Source: Azolla caroliniana (Eukaryota; Plantae; Polypodiophyta). From it: 64,000 bases of DNA. Numbering within the stretch: the stretch's first letter is position 1; each line of letters begins with the position of its first letter. The DNA lies in assembly GCA_043228905.1 (NCBI GenBank), contig JBHGNT010000001.1, positions 15,500,001 through 15,564,000 of the forward strand, given 5' to 3'. The notes under the pieces were generated by a model. That model was not told the DNA's origin, did no database searches, and saw only the letters and a program-made list of their open reading frames with translations. This document shows, piece after piece, positions 35,101-49,900 of the stretch. The translations under genes were made by a program, and so were the position numbers.

Positions 35101-37530
35101 TGCACATGCTCCAAGAAACCTTCGGACTTTGGATTGTGACTCGCATACTTCTTTCATAGCTTGAATCACATCGATCTTGGTTGGTGACAGTCTTCGGCCG
35201 TAGGGCCCACATAGTTGTCCGACTACCAATATTTCTTCTTGCCTGAATGTTGATTTCTCAGTGGAAAGTGTTAGGTGCACATCTTCTAACTTTCGAAGCA
35301 CTTTCTCGCAATCACAAATATGGTCGACTACGAACTTTCGGCATCCCCGATCATCCATAGTTTCATCTTTTTCTTCTATCGCCCATCCTTTCATCGGAAT
35401 GTCATCTAGGAATGGCATCGTTATCTCCGGAATGCAATCTCGAAGCACCTTGTTCATCGCATTCATCATATGTACCACCGAGTTTGTCGCTCCTTGTGGT
35501 AGTGTGCACGTTCGAACTAATCCTATCGGTGTTCGCATGGTGGTGATGTCTCGGCTCTCCACAACTAGTTGGAATTGGGCATACCCCGAGTATAGGTCTC
35601 CGATGGAGTATATCACACGACCAGCAAATGCTTCCGCAAATTCATCCACTATCGGACCGACTCTGGAGTTCCGGATCGTGACCTTGTTCACCGGTTGCAA
35701 GTCTTGGATAAATCAAAGTGACCCATTCTTCTTCGGAACCGTAAACCATCGATTTGAGTACAGAGCATTTGATGGCTCTAGAATCCCCATCGCCACCTTC
35801 TCCTTGAGCAAGTCAATGATTTTCGGAATATGCACCCATGGCACCGGAATCGGCTTCAGGTTCCACGGCACATGGTCAATCATGAATATCACCATCGGCT
35901 CCACTATCTTCGGGTCACCGCATCCTATTTCTTTCGATGTAAATGCAAATGCTCTCCCATGTCGCGCTAGCATCCCACAGAATCGTTCTTCTTCATTCTT
36001 TAATAGGAACCCACCTCCACCGATCCGAAGTTTCTTCCGGGTCTCATCCGTGAAGCCATGTCCGATATCCATGGACTTCCGAAGTGTCGGATCCCCCGAG
36101 ACTTCTTTCCTCTTTTGTTCGCTATCGGCGGGTAACGGTCGCGCAACCGGTTTCACTTTCTTCTCCACGGTCTTGTATTTCGTACATACCATTGCTTCTT
36201 CTTTGCGAAGCGCATCCGGCCCCATTTTCATAATGATCTCGTACATCTCGACCGATTCCACCGGGACTACCTGGTCTCCTTGGCTTGTATCGTCCGCGAG
36301 CTCTTCAAGTCGTTGTAGCGTGCTCCCATAGAACACTTCTTCAACTATTCCCACGATTTCTTCGTCTTCTTTTATTATTGATGTCGACCGTAGCTTACCC
36401 TCCATTTTTCGGTATTCTTTCTTCATTCCTCCGGTTACGGCCGTGTATGTAGATACCCCATCCAGACCGATTCGTACTTGTCTTGCTCCGAGAATTTCCT
36501 TCCTGTGTGGGGTATCAGGGCTTCTCGGACTATCACTTCCCCACTCTGCAATAGTCCGCTCTAAAAATCCATCCTTGTTTGGGACAAGAGCTCTCTCTTG
36601 TTCCTTTCATGATTTGCCGGCACCGTTAGGAATTGGACAGATTTCCCTCCGTTTTGGTTCTGAATTTGTGCAAAAGCCGCACCGCTATCGAGCACCTTTG
36701 TCTCCATCTGTGAAGCCATGATAAAGGGTTGCCCAAGGATCACGGAGTGAGAGACCTCGTCTTGCACAAAGAAATTTTGGTCGATCTCAACATCGCTAAT
36801 CTTCACCGTCACATCCGGACAAGCCGCAAATACATCTTCCGTTGCTTTAGTGGTCGCCCGGATCTTCCATCCATGATTGGTGTTAATAGGCCACTTCCCC
36901 TTCCGGTAGAACTCCTTAGACATCAAATTGATCTCCGATCCGTGATCAATCAATGCTAGCACGGGCTCTTTCATGTTGCCGATTCGGACCGGAGTCTCCG
37001 TAGGTGCACGTGCCTAGTGTAGCCTTCTGTAGTGGGAGTTCGGAATTTCGTACTCCACTTCGGTATTGTTCATCAGAATGGTATTTGCATTCACCATCGG
37101 CGCATTTTCCTCCGTAGTTTGTCTTTTTCTTTTTACGAGATCCACAAGAAGATCATGGAACTCCTCTTTTGCTATTCCAAGTAGTTCCCAAAGCGAAAAA
37201 TCTACCCGGTTGTCGAGGATTCTCTCCTCAAACACTTTCTTTATGTCCGTCTGTTGCTCGATGTCCGAAGTGAGCTTGAATGCCGGAATTGTCTTTTCTT
37301 TTTCCTTCCCTCCGGAGTTCCTGCTTTCCGGTGTCTTCGATGGTCTGGCCACATCATCCGTGTGCCATCTTCTCTCGTCTACATACACTTCATGCAATTG
37401 ACATAGCGCATGTACGCTATTCTTATCTATGGGGCACTCCCATCCCGTAGCTTCCCGAATACATTCCACGGCACTTCGGATTTCATCATGGTCGGCTTTC
37501 TTAGAAATTTCTAGCACTTCCATGTTTATA
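32145..37530 (-). mobile_element. Non-chromovirus Gypsy (Phygy/Selgy-like): 3' LTR 32145-32797, integrase, RNase H, RT, protease and partial gag
   Basis: RT 34570-35700 (LPQGATNS, FLDD), protease 36561-36974 (LIDHGSEIN), integrase 33658-34335 and gag 37014-37530. PPT lies next to the LTR. 5' end missing. Confidence 0.9.
32620..32694 (+). promoter_or_regulatory. tRNA-like Pol III module in a Gypsy LTR (best-preserved copy)
   Basis: A-box TAATATAGTGG (32630) and perfect B-box GGTTCGAATCC (32673) inside a CAGG/CCTG T-arm. 3' end CCCTATGCA, with TTTT about 12 nt downstream. Confidence 0.7.
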
Positions 37531-37536
37531 ATGTAA

Positions 37537-38156
37537 AGGCTTACCATTATACTAACACATCATAAGTGTTAAAAAGTAGATATCCCACATAAAAAGGTAA
37601 AGTTCACATATATTTTCTAGGAAAAAGCTTTAGTTAGAAGAAAAACGCATAATACAAAAAAGCTACACATGCACATTTAGCATGCATGAACACTATAGTC
37701 GATAAAAACGCATAATGTTAGAAAAAGCATGATCACTTTTAGAAGAAGCATGTTAGAGAAAGCATATAGTCTATAGATAGAGAAAGCATGGATTACTAAG
37801 ACTGTCTCATCACTATATAAGGATTGGGAGCAAAATGTAATAAAGGGGGAGAGAAATTTATGGATGAAAGATCATTTGGGTTCAAAAATAATGATTAATA
37901 AAATAAACTATGCTTGTGGGATTCACAAGTTTTCTATATCTTTCTTTTCCAATCTATTCCAAAGTATAATTAGGGTTACTTATTAATAAATAAATAAATA
38001 AATAAAAACTATATTCGTGGGATCCACGAATTTCTATTTCTGTTTCTTATAATCTATTTATATTCTTATTAGCCTTAAAACTCTCCTCCTCCTAGTCCAG
38101 AACCCCACCGGTTCCCACCCGCCTCACGCAACGATCCGGCACCGAAAGGCACGACA
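37537..38156 (+). mobile_element. 5'-truncated LTR of the same Gypsy family in the opposite orientation
   Basis: Ends ...GGCACCGAAAGGCACGACA, the reverse complement of the 11433 and 32145 termini. Begins inside the tRNA-like module; the A-box complement is at 37540-37554. Confidence 0.8.
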
Positions 38157-38174
38157 ACGTATGACAAACTGGCT

Positions 38175-38578
38175 TAGCCGGATACCAACAGAACGTAGAG
38201 AGAAGGTTTAACAGAGAATGCACGGGAGAGACAAAGAGAGCAAAACACAAAAAAACAATTCAAATTTATAATACACTCTGTACATAGAATGTACTTAGAG
38301 AGCACATTTATACAAGTCCATAAAGGACTGACAGAAGTATTGACAAGTAATTCAATGCTCATACGAGCGACTGGCACTAACTCCCAAAACTATGCCTACG
38401 TACTAGGCTAGATCCGTAGGCCTCTAACGGCCTACCAGTTTCAATATGATCCAGCTCTCCGATCTGGCTCCTGGTTCCAGATACCATCCAGACACCGATC
38501 CGGCTCTCCGTTTCAGATACCAATCCGGCTCTGGCTTATTCAGCCAATTTAGATCAACTTGAGCTTGCTCGCTCAACA
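38175..38578 (-). mobile_element. Copia LTR remnant related to 18514-18912
   Basis: Shares blocks CACGGGAGAGACA, CACTCTGTACATA, TTTATACAAGTCC and TTCAATGCTCA. Ends GCTCAACA. Confidence 0.65.
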
Positions 38579-41500
38579 TGCCCATCTCAACTCCTTCGTG
38601 TTGGGAATTCGGTCCCTCCGGATCGGATCTGGATGACACGGATCGGATTGATCCGGTGTGAAGCGGACCTAGGGACATATCTCTAAATGTGCTTCTAGCG
38701 TGCTTGTCATGGCCATATTTGTAAATAGCCCTAAAGTCATATAAGTATAAATATGACTTAGGGCAATCACTTTTTGTGTGGTTACTTGTTATCATTATTA
38801 GTGTTGTATAGAGTAAGTGAGAGCTCTAAATACAGAACCAATTTTTTGTTGTAACCGTCGACTGGCAAAGACATAGGGATCGAGGTCATTGCGTCTTAGT
38901 CTCGCATTGTATCCTCTTCTTATAGTGATAGTTTGAGTCTATTGGCTCCCGTGATTTTCCCTAGGGTTTTCCATGTTAACATCTTGTGTCCTCTCTGTTG
39001 TTTGTGTAAGTGTATTAATCTCCATTTCTATTTTAGTCTTCCATAATTTGAGTTTTTATGACTCGGTTGTGGCCAAGCGTCATTCCGCACAATCTGATAT
39101 CAGAGCGAACAACAGATGGAAGAGTCATTCGGAAGAATGTTCAAGCTCACAGGCTCCAACTACCCAGTCTGGAAGTCGAAGATGAGGGACATGTTTGTGG
39201 TCAAAGATCTCTGATTGCCGGTACAATTTGAGGACAAGAAATCGGACAAGATCGATGCCACGACATGGGACGTGATGCATATGAAGACGACGGCATACAT
39301 CCAATGCTTCATCGACATGAGCTTGTACAATAACTTTAATGAAGAAAGTAAGACACATGTGCTCTGGGAGAAAATCAGTACCATATTGGAGAGCAAGAAT
39401 GTTGTAAATCGGGTTTTGGCATTCCAAAAGTTTGTGAGACTCCGGTACCAAGACGGCTCCAGTATGACAGAGCACAAGAATGCATTCCAGGGGCTCATAA
39501 ACCAAACATCCTCGCTAGAAGTACCTCTAGCCGACAAGGTACTTGTGTTGCTCTTGCTCGGTTCCCTTCCGGATAGTTGGGAGATGCTAGTTGTTACTTT
39601 GGGCAATGCTAGGCCGAAAAGAGAACAACTGTCCCTAGCAAGGGTAAAATCAAGCTTCCTAGATGAAGAACCTTGTTGGAAGGACCAGGAATCCTGAACT
39701 GATCCGAAGGCCTTGGTTACGGAAGACGACCGGGGAAGAGGGCGACATCGGAGTCCCTAGAACCGGGACAGGTCGGGGCCAAGGTCGAAGTCAAGGGGGA
39801 GGCCCACTTGCTTTTATTGCGGAAAGTCGGGGCACTTCCAGAAGAATTTCTAACACTTCCAGAAAAACCAAAGGGGGAGCCGACATTCTAGAACCAAAGA
39901 AGATTTTGGAAAGGAGACGAACGTCGGCAATCGCGACAAGTGAAGAAGAATTGGTGCTAATCACCAAGGAGAGTGAGCTGCATCTTGTTAGCGGCGCAAC
40001 GACGTGGGTGGCCGACTCTGGAGCGTCATTCCATCTGACGCTAGACCGGAAGTGCTTCTCATCTTTTAGAGCCGGAGACCATGGTTCGGTCCGGATGGGA
40101 AATGAAGGTGTGTGCCGAATGAATTGTTGGCATAGGAGACGTGTGGTTGATGACGTCAACCGGGTGCAAGTTGTTGTTGAAAGATGTCTGACACGTTCCA
40201 GAGGTTCGGTTGAGCTTGATATCAACCGGTTGGCTAGATGATGAAGGCTACATGGGTAGCACCTGGAACGGAGTCATGAAGTTTTACAAAGGAAGCTTGA
40301 TCGTGTCCCGATCCCGGAAGATCAACACATTGTACCTGATGCATGCCCGAATATGCCAGGAAGAAGTGAATGTAGCATCAGACGATGCCGGTGAGCTATG
40401 GCATAAGAGGTTGTGTCACACGAGCCAGAAAAGGATGAGAAGACTACTGAAGATAACCTCATTCCGAAGGTGAAAGATGTGCATCTAGAGAAGTGCACCG
40501 ATTGCTTGGCCGGCAAGTAGAACAGAACCTCTTTCCGGTCGAGACCATTGTCGAGACGGAATGCACCGTTGGAACTTGTGCATACTAATGTATGCCAAGT
40601 GGACATGAAGTCACATGCCGGATCGCAATACTTCGTGACGTGCATAGACGACCACAGCCGGAAGTTGTGGGTCTCACCACTGAAGACTATAAAGAGATGG
40701 AGCTGGTGGTGTAATGCAGAGAAAGATAATTGAGTGTGTTTGTGTGTGTGTGTAGCAAACAGAGAGAGAGAGAGAGAGAGAGAAGGAGAGCTCTTAACAA
40801 GAAAACTGTATATTACTTCCAACAGTAACAAAGTTACAAAGGGTTGGTTTAAATACCAACTAAACTAGGGCAAAGGGCCCTTTCTACTATTTACAAAACT
40901 AGCATGGTATGTCCATGAGCTAGTGTAAAACCTATTTTCTATGGGAAGTTCGATTATCAACACACTCCTTCGAACACAACTTCCGAATATCGACAAATTG
41001 TTTCGGATCAGTCTTCGGAACGATTCCAACTTCGATTCTTTGACTTTTCGGTTGCGTACTCCTTGTTTGGCCGACATGTGCTTCGATCAATCGATCGGTT
41101 CACTGCTTTGTTCTATACTCCCCGTCAAGCTTGGCTGGTCGGGAAGAGATAAGCCAAGGTTCGATGCGAACTACCACAGCTTGTCGATACCCAGGGCTTT
41201 CGTGAAAATGTCGGCTACTTGTAGATTCGTGCTGATGTGGTGTAAGTCTATATCTTTGGCCTGCATGCATTCGCGGATGAAGTGGTAGTGCACTTCGACA
41301 TGCTTAGTCCACACGTGGAATATGGGGTTCCACGCTAGGTAGATACTGCTCACGTTGTCACAGTATAGTTGAATCGGATCTTTGATGGGTACGTCCAGAT
41401 CCTTCAGTATACGCTTAAGCCATACAGCTTCGCTTCGGCCTCCGTGCTCGATAGTGTGACTGCTAGTTGCTTCTGCTACTCCATGAGATTGCTCCGCTGC

Positions 41501-43770
41501 CGAGGGAGAAAATGAATCCTGATGTTGACTGTCTATCTGCTTTATAACCTGCCCAGTCCGCATCTGTGTACCCTTCAAGTCGAATTATCGTATTTGACCT
41601 GTATTTGACGTCATAATCCATCGTACCGCCGGTGTACCGAAGTACCCTCTTAGCGCAGTCAAGATGAAGATTGCGCGGATTCTGCATGAATTGGCTGAGT
41701 AGGCCGATGGAATAGCTGAGGTCGGGTCGCGTAATGGTTAGCTCGGTGAGGTTGCTGATCAATTGGCGATACTCAATTGGTTCGCACTCGGTTGTGCCAG
41801 AATCAACATCAAGCTTGAGATTACGGTCAAGCGGGGTGGACACAGGTTTGCACTCCGTCATCCTGAACTTGTAGAGTAAGTTGAGGACATAGTGTCGTTC
41901 TGAGATCGTTATCCCGATTGGTGTCTGAATCACTTCGATGCCTTGTTAATCTTTTCGAATCTGCCAGAGAGAAGTGATTTGACCTTGTTAATCTTTGCGA
42001 GCTCCTTTCCTCCGATGACCAAATCATCCACGTATAGGATGATGACAATCGGGCTATCCGACTTGTTTCAGATGTACAGAGAGTTATCAGATTTTGACAT
42101 TCGAAATCCGATTTGATGAAGATACTGTGTGATCTTCGAATGCCATGCACCAAGTGCTTGTTTGAGGCCGTAGAGTGGCTTCTTGAGTCGGCACACGGCG
42201 CTCGGATGATTGCGCGATTGAAATCCGGGTGGTTGAATCATATACACTTCCTCTTCTAATTCTCCTTAGAGGAAGGTGTTTTTCACGTCCATCTGGTGGA
42301 GGTGCCACCCTTTTGCCACTGCCAGGGAAATTACGGTCCGTACAGTTGTCATCTTTGCCATCGGGGCAAAGGTCTCTTCATAGTCGACGTCGTGCATTTG
42401 CGCATATCCTTTCGTAACGAGCCGTGCTTTAAAGCGATTTATAGAGCCGTCAACATTGTCTTTTACTTTGTAAATCCATCGGCAACCAATTGCTTTCTTG
42501 TGCAGAATGTGAGGAACGAAATCCCATGTCTCGTTTTTGCATAGGGCTTGCATTTCGTCATTCATCGCATTGACCCATCGCAGATCCTTTATAGCTTTGG
42601 AAAGGGTTTCCGGCTCCCGTACTGACGCCACCTTCATCATAAAGGCATAAGGATATGCCATGTACTCATTGTAGCTGTAACGGCTTACGGGGTTCTTCTC
42701 TCAAGTGGACTGGCGTAGCTTTCCGTTCGCGAATACTAAGGCTTTCTTCACTCCATTTTTCTAGATGTCGAGGCCTTCGGGCTCACTATCGAGGGAGTGA
42801 GTCGATTCGTTGATGTCGAAGTGATCGTCTTCATACTCTGCCATTTTCGCCTTCCCTTTGTACAGCTTCGGACTCGGCCAAGATGTCCTTTGATCACTCG
42901 GAGGTTCTTGTGGCCCACTTAATCGGGTCGTGAGTGGACTTTTGTCGAACATGCGCATAACTCAATCTTCGGCTTTAGCCTCTATTTCGGCGTATTCCGG
43001 GTGGAGCAGAGTCGAAGTTGGAGTCGAAGTTGTCTCTGGTGCGTACTAGGATGCGGATTCGTTGAAAACATCTCGACTTGTTCGAACTTTTCAGGTACAT
43101 GGATTGTAGCATTTGTACCCCTTCTGATCGAGCGAGTACCCCACGAGGATACATTTCTTCGACTTCGGGTCGAGCTTTTGTCGCGTATCATCCGGAATAT
43201 GCACATAAGCGATTGAGCCGAAAATACTAACATGTGATAAGTCTAGCTTCTTACCAAGAAACTTCTCATGGGGGGGGGTGTTGAGGACAAAGGCCGTCAA
43301 TGCGGAAGATCAAATAGCATTCGATTCGTGTTGAGTACCTGCGTATGACAGTTTCAGAGATCGTGCACAGAGAGAGAGAGAGAGAGAGGAGGCACAAAGG
43401 ACTCTTTCTATTCAATAGAAACAATAATACAACCCACCTTACAAAAAGGTTACTAGGTCACTTTATATAGTGACGAACTTAGGGTAACTACCATTTATGC
43501 TAATTACACAAATGGCCCAAACTTGATCTATACAAAGGGATAGTGTGAATACGTCCATTATACACTTGTATTCGACACTCCCCCGTAATGGGCGTATACA
43601 TGGGTTATCTAAGATTACAGGTATAAACCTAGGTTCTCGGACATATCAGTTTTGTTCGAGTCGGCAGGGTCCGAAGGCAGAAGACCGGACTGGTCGGGTC
43701 GGAAGAGTTGAAGCCGATCATTAGGGAACTGATGTCGGTTGTCTGAAACCATCCTGCGATGTGTCCGGCT

Positions 43771-46235
43771 CTAACCAGACTGGTTTGTCGTTACGCCCAT
43801 CTGATGCCGAAGGGACCGAAAGCGGTCTGCCGAAAGACACTTGGTCATTCCATCTGCGACATTGTCGGTTGTGGATATTTTCTCTAGACCGATTTTCCCT
43901 GAAATGACGCAGTCCCGAACGAAGTGATATCGAACGTCGATATGTTTGGAGGCGTTGTGGTGAACCGGATTTCTCGACAAGGCAACAGCACCTTGACTGT
44001 CGCTATAGACAACTGGAGCCGAGTCATGGTCGACTTGCCGAAACGTGTGCACCAGCCGGCCGAGCCACAAAGCTTCTTTTGCAGCGTCGGACGCAGCTAC
44101 ATATTCTGCTTCGGTCGTTGAGGTCGCTGTGCACTCCTGAAGTTTCGACTTCCACGAAATTGCTCCATTGCCGAATTTGAAGCAGTATCCGGTTGTTGAT
44201 TTCCGACTGTCTATACAGTCGGCGAAGTCCGAGTCGGTGTAACCGACTACGCCTGAGGTTGAGTTCGGACCGAAAAGAATGTCGTGATCTTTTGTGCCAG
44301 CCAGATATTTGAACACATGCTTGACTGCGTTCCAATGCGATCGGCCAGGATTGTGCATAAATCTGCTAACGACTCCTACGGCATGAGAGATATCAGGCCG
44401 TGTCGCGACCATCAGGTACATAAGGGAGCCTACTGCCGGTGCATACGGTACCGACTTCATATCTTCCCCCTCCGGACCGGATGTCGGGCAGTCTCGCTGA
44501 GAGAGCCGAAGATTCATGGGGAGCGGGGTTGAAGCAGATTTGGCTGATTGCATGTTGAAGCGTTCCAAGACACGTCCGATATAGTCGGTCTGAGACAAAA
44601 AAAGATGTCGTTTATCGCGATGCCGACTAATCTTCATGCCAAGTATGTGTCGTGCCGGACCGAGGTCCTTCATGGCAAACTTCAACCGCAGTTGCCGAAT
44701 GAGATCGGCAAGTTCGCCCGCGTTGCGTCCAGAAATTAGCATGTCGTCCACGTAAATGATGAGGAAGATGGGTGATCCATCTTGAGCTGTGTTGGTAAAA
44801 AGACAATGGTCCTCATCGCTTTTGGAGAAGCCGATCGATTGGATGAAGTCGTCGAACTTCTTGTACCATTGTCGCGGTGCCTGTTTGAGGCCGTATAGAC
44901 TCTTCCTGAGTCGGCAGACTAGATGTTCTTGGCCAGTTGCCACGAAGCCTTTTGGCTGCTCCATATAAATTTCCTCTTCAAGATCACCATGGAGGAAGGC
45001 TGTTTTGACATCTAGCTGAATCAGCTCCAAGTTGTCGGCTGCCACTACGCCGAGTAGAAAACGAAGGGTTGTCATTTTCACCACTGGTGAAAAAATCTCG
45101 TCGAAGTCGACGCCATATTCTTGTCGGAAGCCCTTCGAAACTAATCTGGCCTTGTACTTTGGGGTGGTCGAATCAGACGTCTCTTTTAGTCAATAAACCC
45201 ACTTGCAAGGAAGAGCACGTCGATTCTTAGGTAATTCGACCAGATCCCAAGTCTTGTTTGCTCGAATGGAGTGCATTTCCGACTCCATCGCCAGATGCCA
45301 GGTGGCTGAATCGACAGATGTCGATGCTTCTTCGTAAGACGTCGGTTCACCGGCGTCGGTGAAGAAAATTCCAGGAGAATACCTCTCCGGAGGTTGCGAC
45401 AGTCTCTCGGATCGTCGAGGTATGATTGGACTGGTCGCATCGGGTATCGAGGTCGGATGGTCCGAAAGCGAATTATTCTGCTGTGCCGAGTCAGAGTTGT
45501 CCGAGTCGGTGGTGTAAGGTTCAGCTACCCGTGAAGCTGACCGTGTGTTAAGAGCGGGGCCTTCTTGAAGGGTTGGCACATCGGAAAATGTTACCCTTCG
45601 GACTTCGATCGGTTTTTCGACTGATGGATTCATAGCCGACTCGTTGAACACAACGTCCGAACTTCGAACGATTTGTCTGCGTTCGGGGTCCCAGAGTCGG
45701 TATCCCATTTCGCCGTCTGATCCATATCCAAGGAAAATGCATTTCCTGGACCGAGGTGCAAGTTTTCGGCGATCATCTTTCGGAATAAGGGCGTATGCCT
45801 CGCATCCGAAGATCCTCAGCTTGTCGTAATTCGGCTTACTGCCGATCCATAGTTCCTGAGGAATTTGAAGTCCTAGAGGTCTGCTTGGCGACATATTGAT
45901 TATGTGTACTGCCGTGAGTAGAGCCTCTGCCCAGAAGCCATCCGACAGTCCGGAGTGTTGGAGCATGGAAACTATCCGTTCTTGGATTGTCCGATTCATG
46001 CGTTCTGCAATCCCGTTTTGCTCCGGACTGTGTGGTGCCGTAAATTCACGTCGGATGCCGCGTTGTCGGCAGAATTTGACGAATTCTTCTGATTTGAACT
46101 CTCCCCCATTGTCGGTCCGAAAGCATTTCAGTTTTCGGTCAGTTTGATTTTCTACCATAGCGAGCCAATCGGAGAAGATCGAGAAGACACGATCTTTGGT
46201 GCGAATTGGATAAGCCAACACCAATCGAATGCTAT
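43771..46235 (-). pseudogene. Copia pol 3' part (integrase, RT, RNase H) with one premature stop at 45190
   Basis: ORFs 45190-46290 and 43771-45084 with TDNGGEF, YVDD, YTDSD and KHIDVRYHF motifs. Confidence 0.85.
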
Positions 46236-46963
46236 TTGATCTTCCGCATTGACGGCCTTTGTCCTCAACATCTGGTATCAGAGCCTGCACAGATTCGGTC
46301 CTTCAACCCGCTGTCGGCCGTCGTCTCAGCCTGCACAGCATTCGGTTTCTTGCGTCATTCGAAGAAGAGAGAAGAAGAAGAAAAACGAGGCTTGCATCTC
46401 ATCGCGTTAGATCATCTTCGCTTGGAGTAAGCCAGCCGGTTGTACTCTGTTCCTTGTGATCGTAACCGCTCGAGGTGAAATCCCCTTGTGCAACATTGAC
46501 ACGATCGTGCTCCACTCGGTTAAACGGCATCCGAAGAGGTCATCAAACGCTGCTCGCCGCTCATTGTAACCACTCGGTGCAGATCGGTCTCAAGACAACA
46601 ACCCCAATTCGTGCTTCATCCGGCTGATCGACATTCGGGAGGATCAGTTGGATCCGTCTCTCTCGTTGCTGCAGTCACCCGAAGCAGAATCGGTCCAGAC
46701 AATCGGTTTCAATATTCGGTATTTGGCATATATATTCGGAAGCGAACCGGGCTCACTCCGACTCGGCAACATTCGGGAAGACCAGTCGGTTCTGTCCCTC
46801 AAGTTACCGGAGTCAATTCGAGCAAGTTCAACAATACATATATCCGAAGCCGAACCGACTCGGGTTCAAATCCGACTAGAACGATATCGGGTGAGCCAAC
46901 CGGCTGCACTCCAACAAGGTTCGTAGTCAACTCCGAACCGAGCTTCGTCAACCGAAACCAAAT

Positions 46964-49900
46964 TTGATGGCATCAACATCCGGCTCGTCAGAAATGAGTC
47001 TACGAAAGTTCGATGGATCGAACTTCAACTTCTGGAAAGATCAAATGCAGGACTATCTCATAGTCAAGGGGCAAATCGATCCCATCGAAAATGAAGAACC
47101 TCCAGAAGGATACAAACCAACTGAGTGGCAGAAGCTGGACAGGATCGTCCGCGCCACGATTCGGATGCACCTATCGGAATCGGTATACTTTACGGTGCAA
47201 TCGTGTACGACAGCATTCGAACTGTGGAAAACACTGTCGGACACCTACGAAAAGAAGGTCGCTGCAACAAAGATGTTTCTGATCCGGCGCCTCTACAACT
47301 TGCGGATGAAAGAATCAGATTCGGTTCAAGCACATCTCAATGAGTACGAAAGCATAAGCTCCCAAATCTCATCTCAGGGGACGGCAATCGAGGATGAACT
47401 CAGAGCAATGATACTCATGAGCAGCCTTCCCTCATCATGGGAAACTTTCGTCACAACCGTGTGCAACGCGTCAACCACGGCTGTTAAATACTCCGAAGTC
47501 ACGAGCGCAATCCTGACCGAAGCAGCTCGGAGAAAGTCTTTCGCCAAAGACTCAACAGACGACGCTTATGTAGTACAAGGTTCGATAGAACGATCGAACA
47601 TACGAGGAAGAGATTCCTCACGGCAGCCGAACAATCAGCGAAGACGGAGCCAGTCACGGGATAATCGAATCTGCAACTATTGCAAGAAACCCGGACACAT
47701 CAAAGCCGACTGCCGCGCACTCAAGAACAAGAACGACAAGTCTCAGAAATCAGACAAGAAGAGTGGCCGGCATGAGGAGATCAATTACGTCAGCTTCTCA
47801 GCTGATGTGCTACCAAACGACCCGAATATACTATCAATCGAAAATCCAGTCGGATCAGAAGTTCTGCTCACGACTGAAGAATCGAGCACATGGCTCTTAG
47901 ATTTGGGCGCGTCATTTCACGTGACTCCTCATCGATCCCAATTTCGGCAATATACGATCCGTCACTCCGACTCAGTTCGAGTCGGCAACTCGCAACACTG
48001 TGACATCATTGGAATCGGCACAGTAGAGCTCAACCTTGCAGGTGGCTCTACACTTGTACTTCACAATGTCCGACATGTACCCGAGCTCTCAAGGCCATTG
48101 ATCTCAGTCGGACAACTAGATGAAGACGGCATTCGTGCCGGTTTTTCTTCGGGAGGGTGGACACTCCACAGGGGGAACCTCCTGCTTGCTAGAGGACCCA
48201 AGATACACTCACTGTATCCGTTACACGTTACGCTCAGAGAGGGTAACCTGTTTTTGGTGGATATTCCTGTGTCATCACTATGGCACAGAAGATTAGGACA
48301 CCTCAGCAAGGCCGGCATTACGCATCTATCGAGAGCCGGATACATCCCTAAACTCTCCTTCTCGGACCATCAATTCTGCGAACATTGCCAGTATGGCAAA
48401 CAAGCAGCCGCATCACACCCGACATCAGCACCAAGAGAAACGAGACCTCTCGATTTAGTCCACTCGAACTCTCGGCGGTGCCTCTTACTTCGTCAGTTTT
48501 ATTGACGATAGCATTCGATTGGTGTGGGCTTATCCAATTCGCACCAAAGATCGTGTCTTCTCGATCTTCTCCGATTGGCTCGCTATGGTAGAAAATCAAA
48601 CTGACCGAAAACTGAAATGCTTTCGGACCGACAATGGGGGAGAGTTCAAATCAGAAGAATTCGTCAAATTCTGCCGACAACGCGGCATCCGACGTGAATT
48701 TACGGCACCACACAGTCCGGAGCAAAACGGGATTGCAGAACGCATGAATCGGACAATCCAAGAACGGATAGTTTCCATGCTCCAACACTCCGGACTGTCG
48801 GATGGCTTCTGGGCAGAGGCTCTACTCATGGCAGTACACATAATCAATATGTCGCCAAGCAGACCTCTAGGACTTCAAATTCCTCAGGAACTATGGATCG
48901 GCAGTAAGCCGAATTACGACAAGCTGAGGATCTTCGGATGCGAGGCATACGCCCTTATTCCGAAAGATGATCGCCGAAAACTTGCACCTCGGTCCAGGAA
49001 ATGCATTTTCCTTGGATATGGATCAGACGGCGAAATGGGATACCGACTCTGGGACCCCGAACGCAGACAAATCGTTCGAAGTTCGGACGTTGTGTTCAAC
49101 GAGTCGGCTATGAATCCATCAGTCGAAAAACCGATCGAAGTCCGAAGGGTAACATTTTCCGATGTGCCAACCCTTCAAGAAGGCCCCGCTCTTAACACAC
49201 GGTCAGCTTCACGGGTAGCTGAACCTTACACCACCGACTCGGACAACTCTGACTCGGCACAGCAGAATAATTCGCTTTCGGACCATCCGACCTCGATACC
49301 CGATGCGACCAGTCCAATCATACCTCGACGATCCGAGAGACTGTCGCAACCTCCGGAGAGGTATTCTCCTGGAATTTTCTTCACCGACGCCGGCGAACCG
49401 ACGTCTTACGAAGAAGCATCGACATCTATCGATTCAGCCACCTGGCATCTGGCGATGGAGTCGGAAATGCACTCCATTCGGGCAAACAAGACTTGGGATC
49501 TGGTCGAATTACCTAAGAATCGACGTGCTCTTCCTTGCAAGTGGGTTTATCGACTAAAAGAGACGTCTGATTCAACCACCCCAAAGTACAAGGCCAGATT
49601 AGTTGCGAAGGGCTTCCGACAAGAATATGGTGTCGACTTCGACGAGATTTTTTCACCAGTGGTGAAAATGACAACCCTTCGTTTTCTACTCGGCGTAGTG
49701 GCAGCCGACAACTTGGAGCTGATTCAGCTAGATGTCAAAACAGCCTTCCTCCATGGTGATCTTGAAGAGGAAATTTATATGGAGCAGCCAAAAGGCTTCG
49801 TGGCAACTGGCCAAGAACATCTAGTCTGCCGACTCAGGAAGAGTCTATACGGCCTCAAACAGGCACCGCGACAATGGTACAAGAAGTTCGACGACTTCAT

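Noticed and set aside
35261-36331. 356-aa antisense ORF, and similar antisense ORFs within the Copia elements
   Set aside because: Shadow frames of RT/pol coding sequence with no independent motifs.
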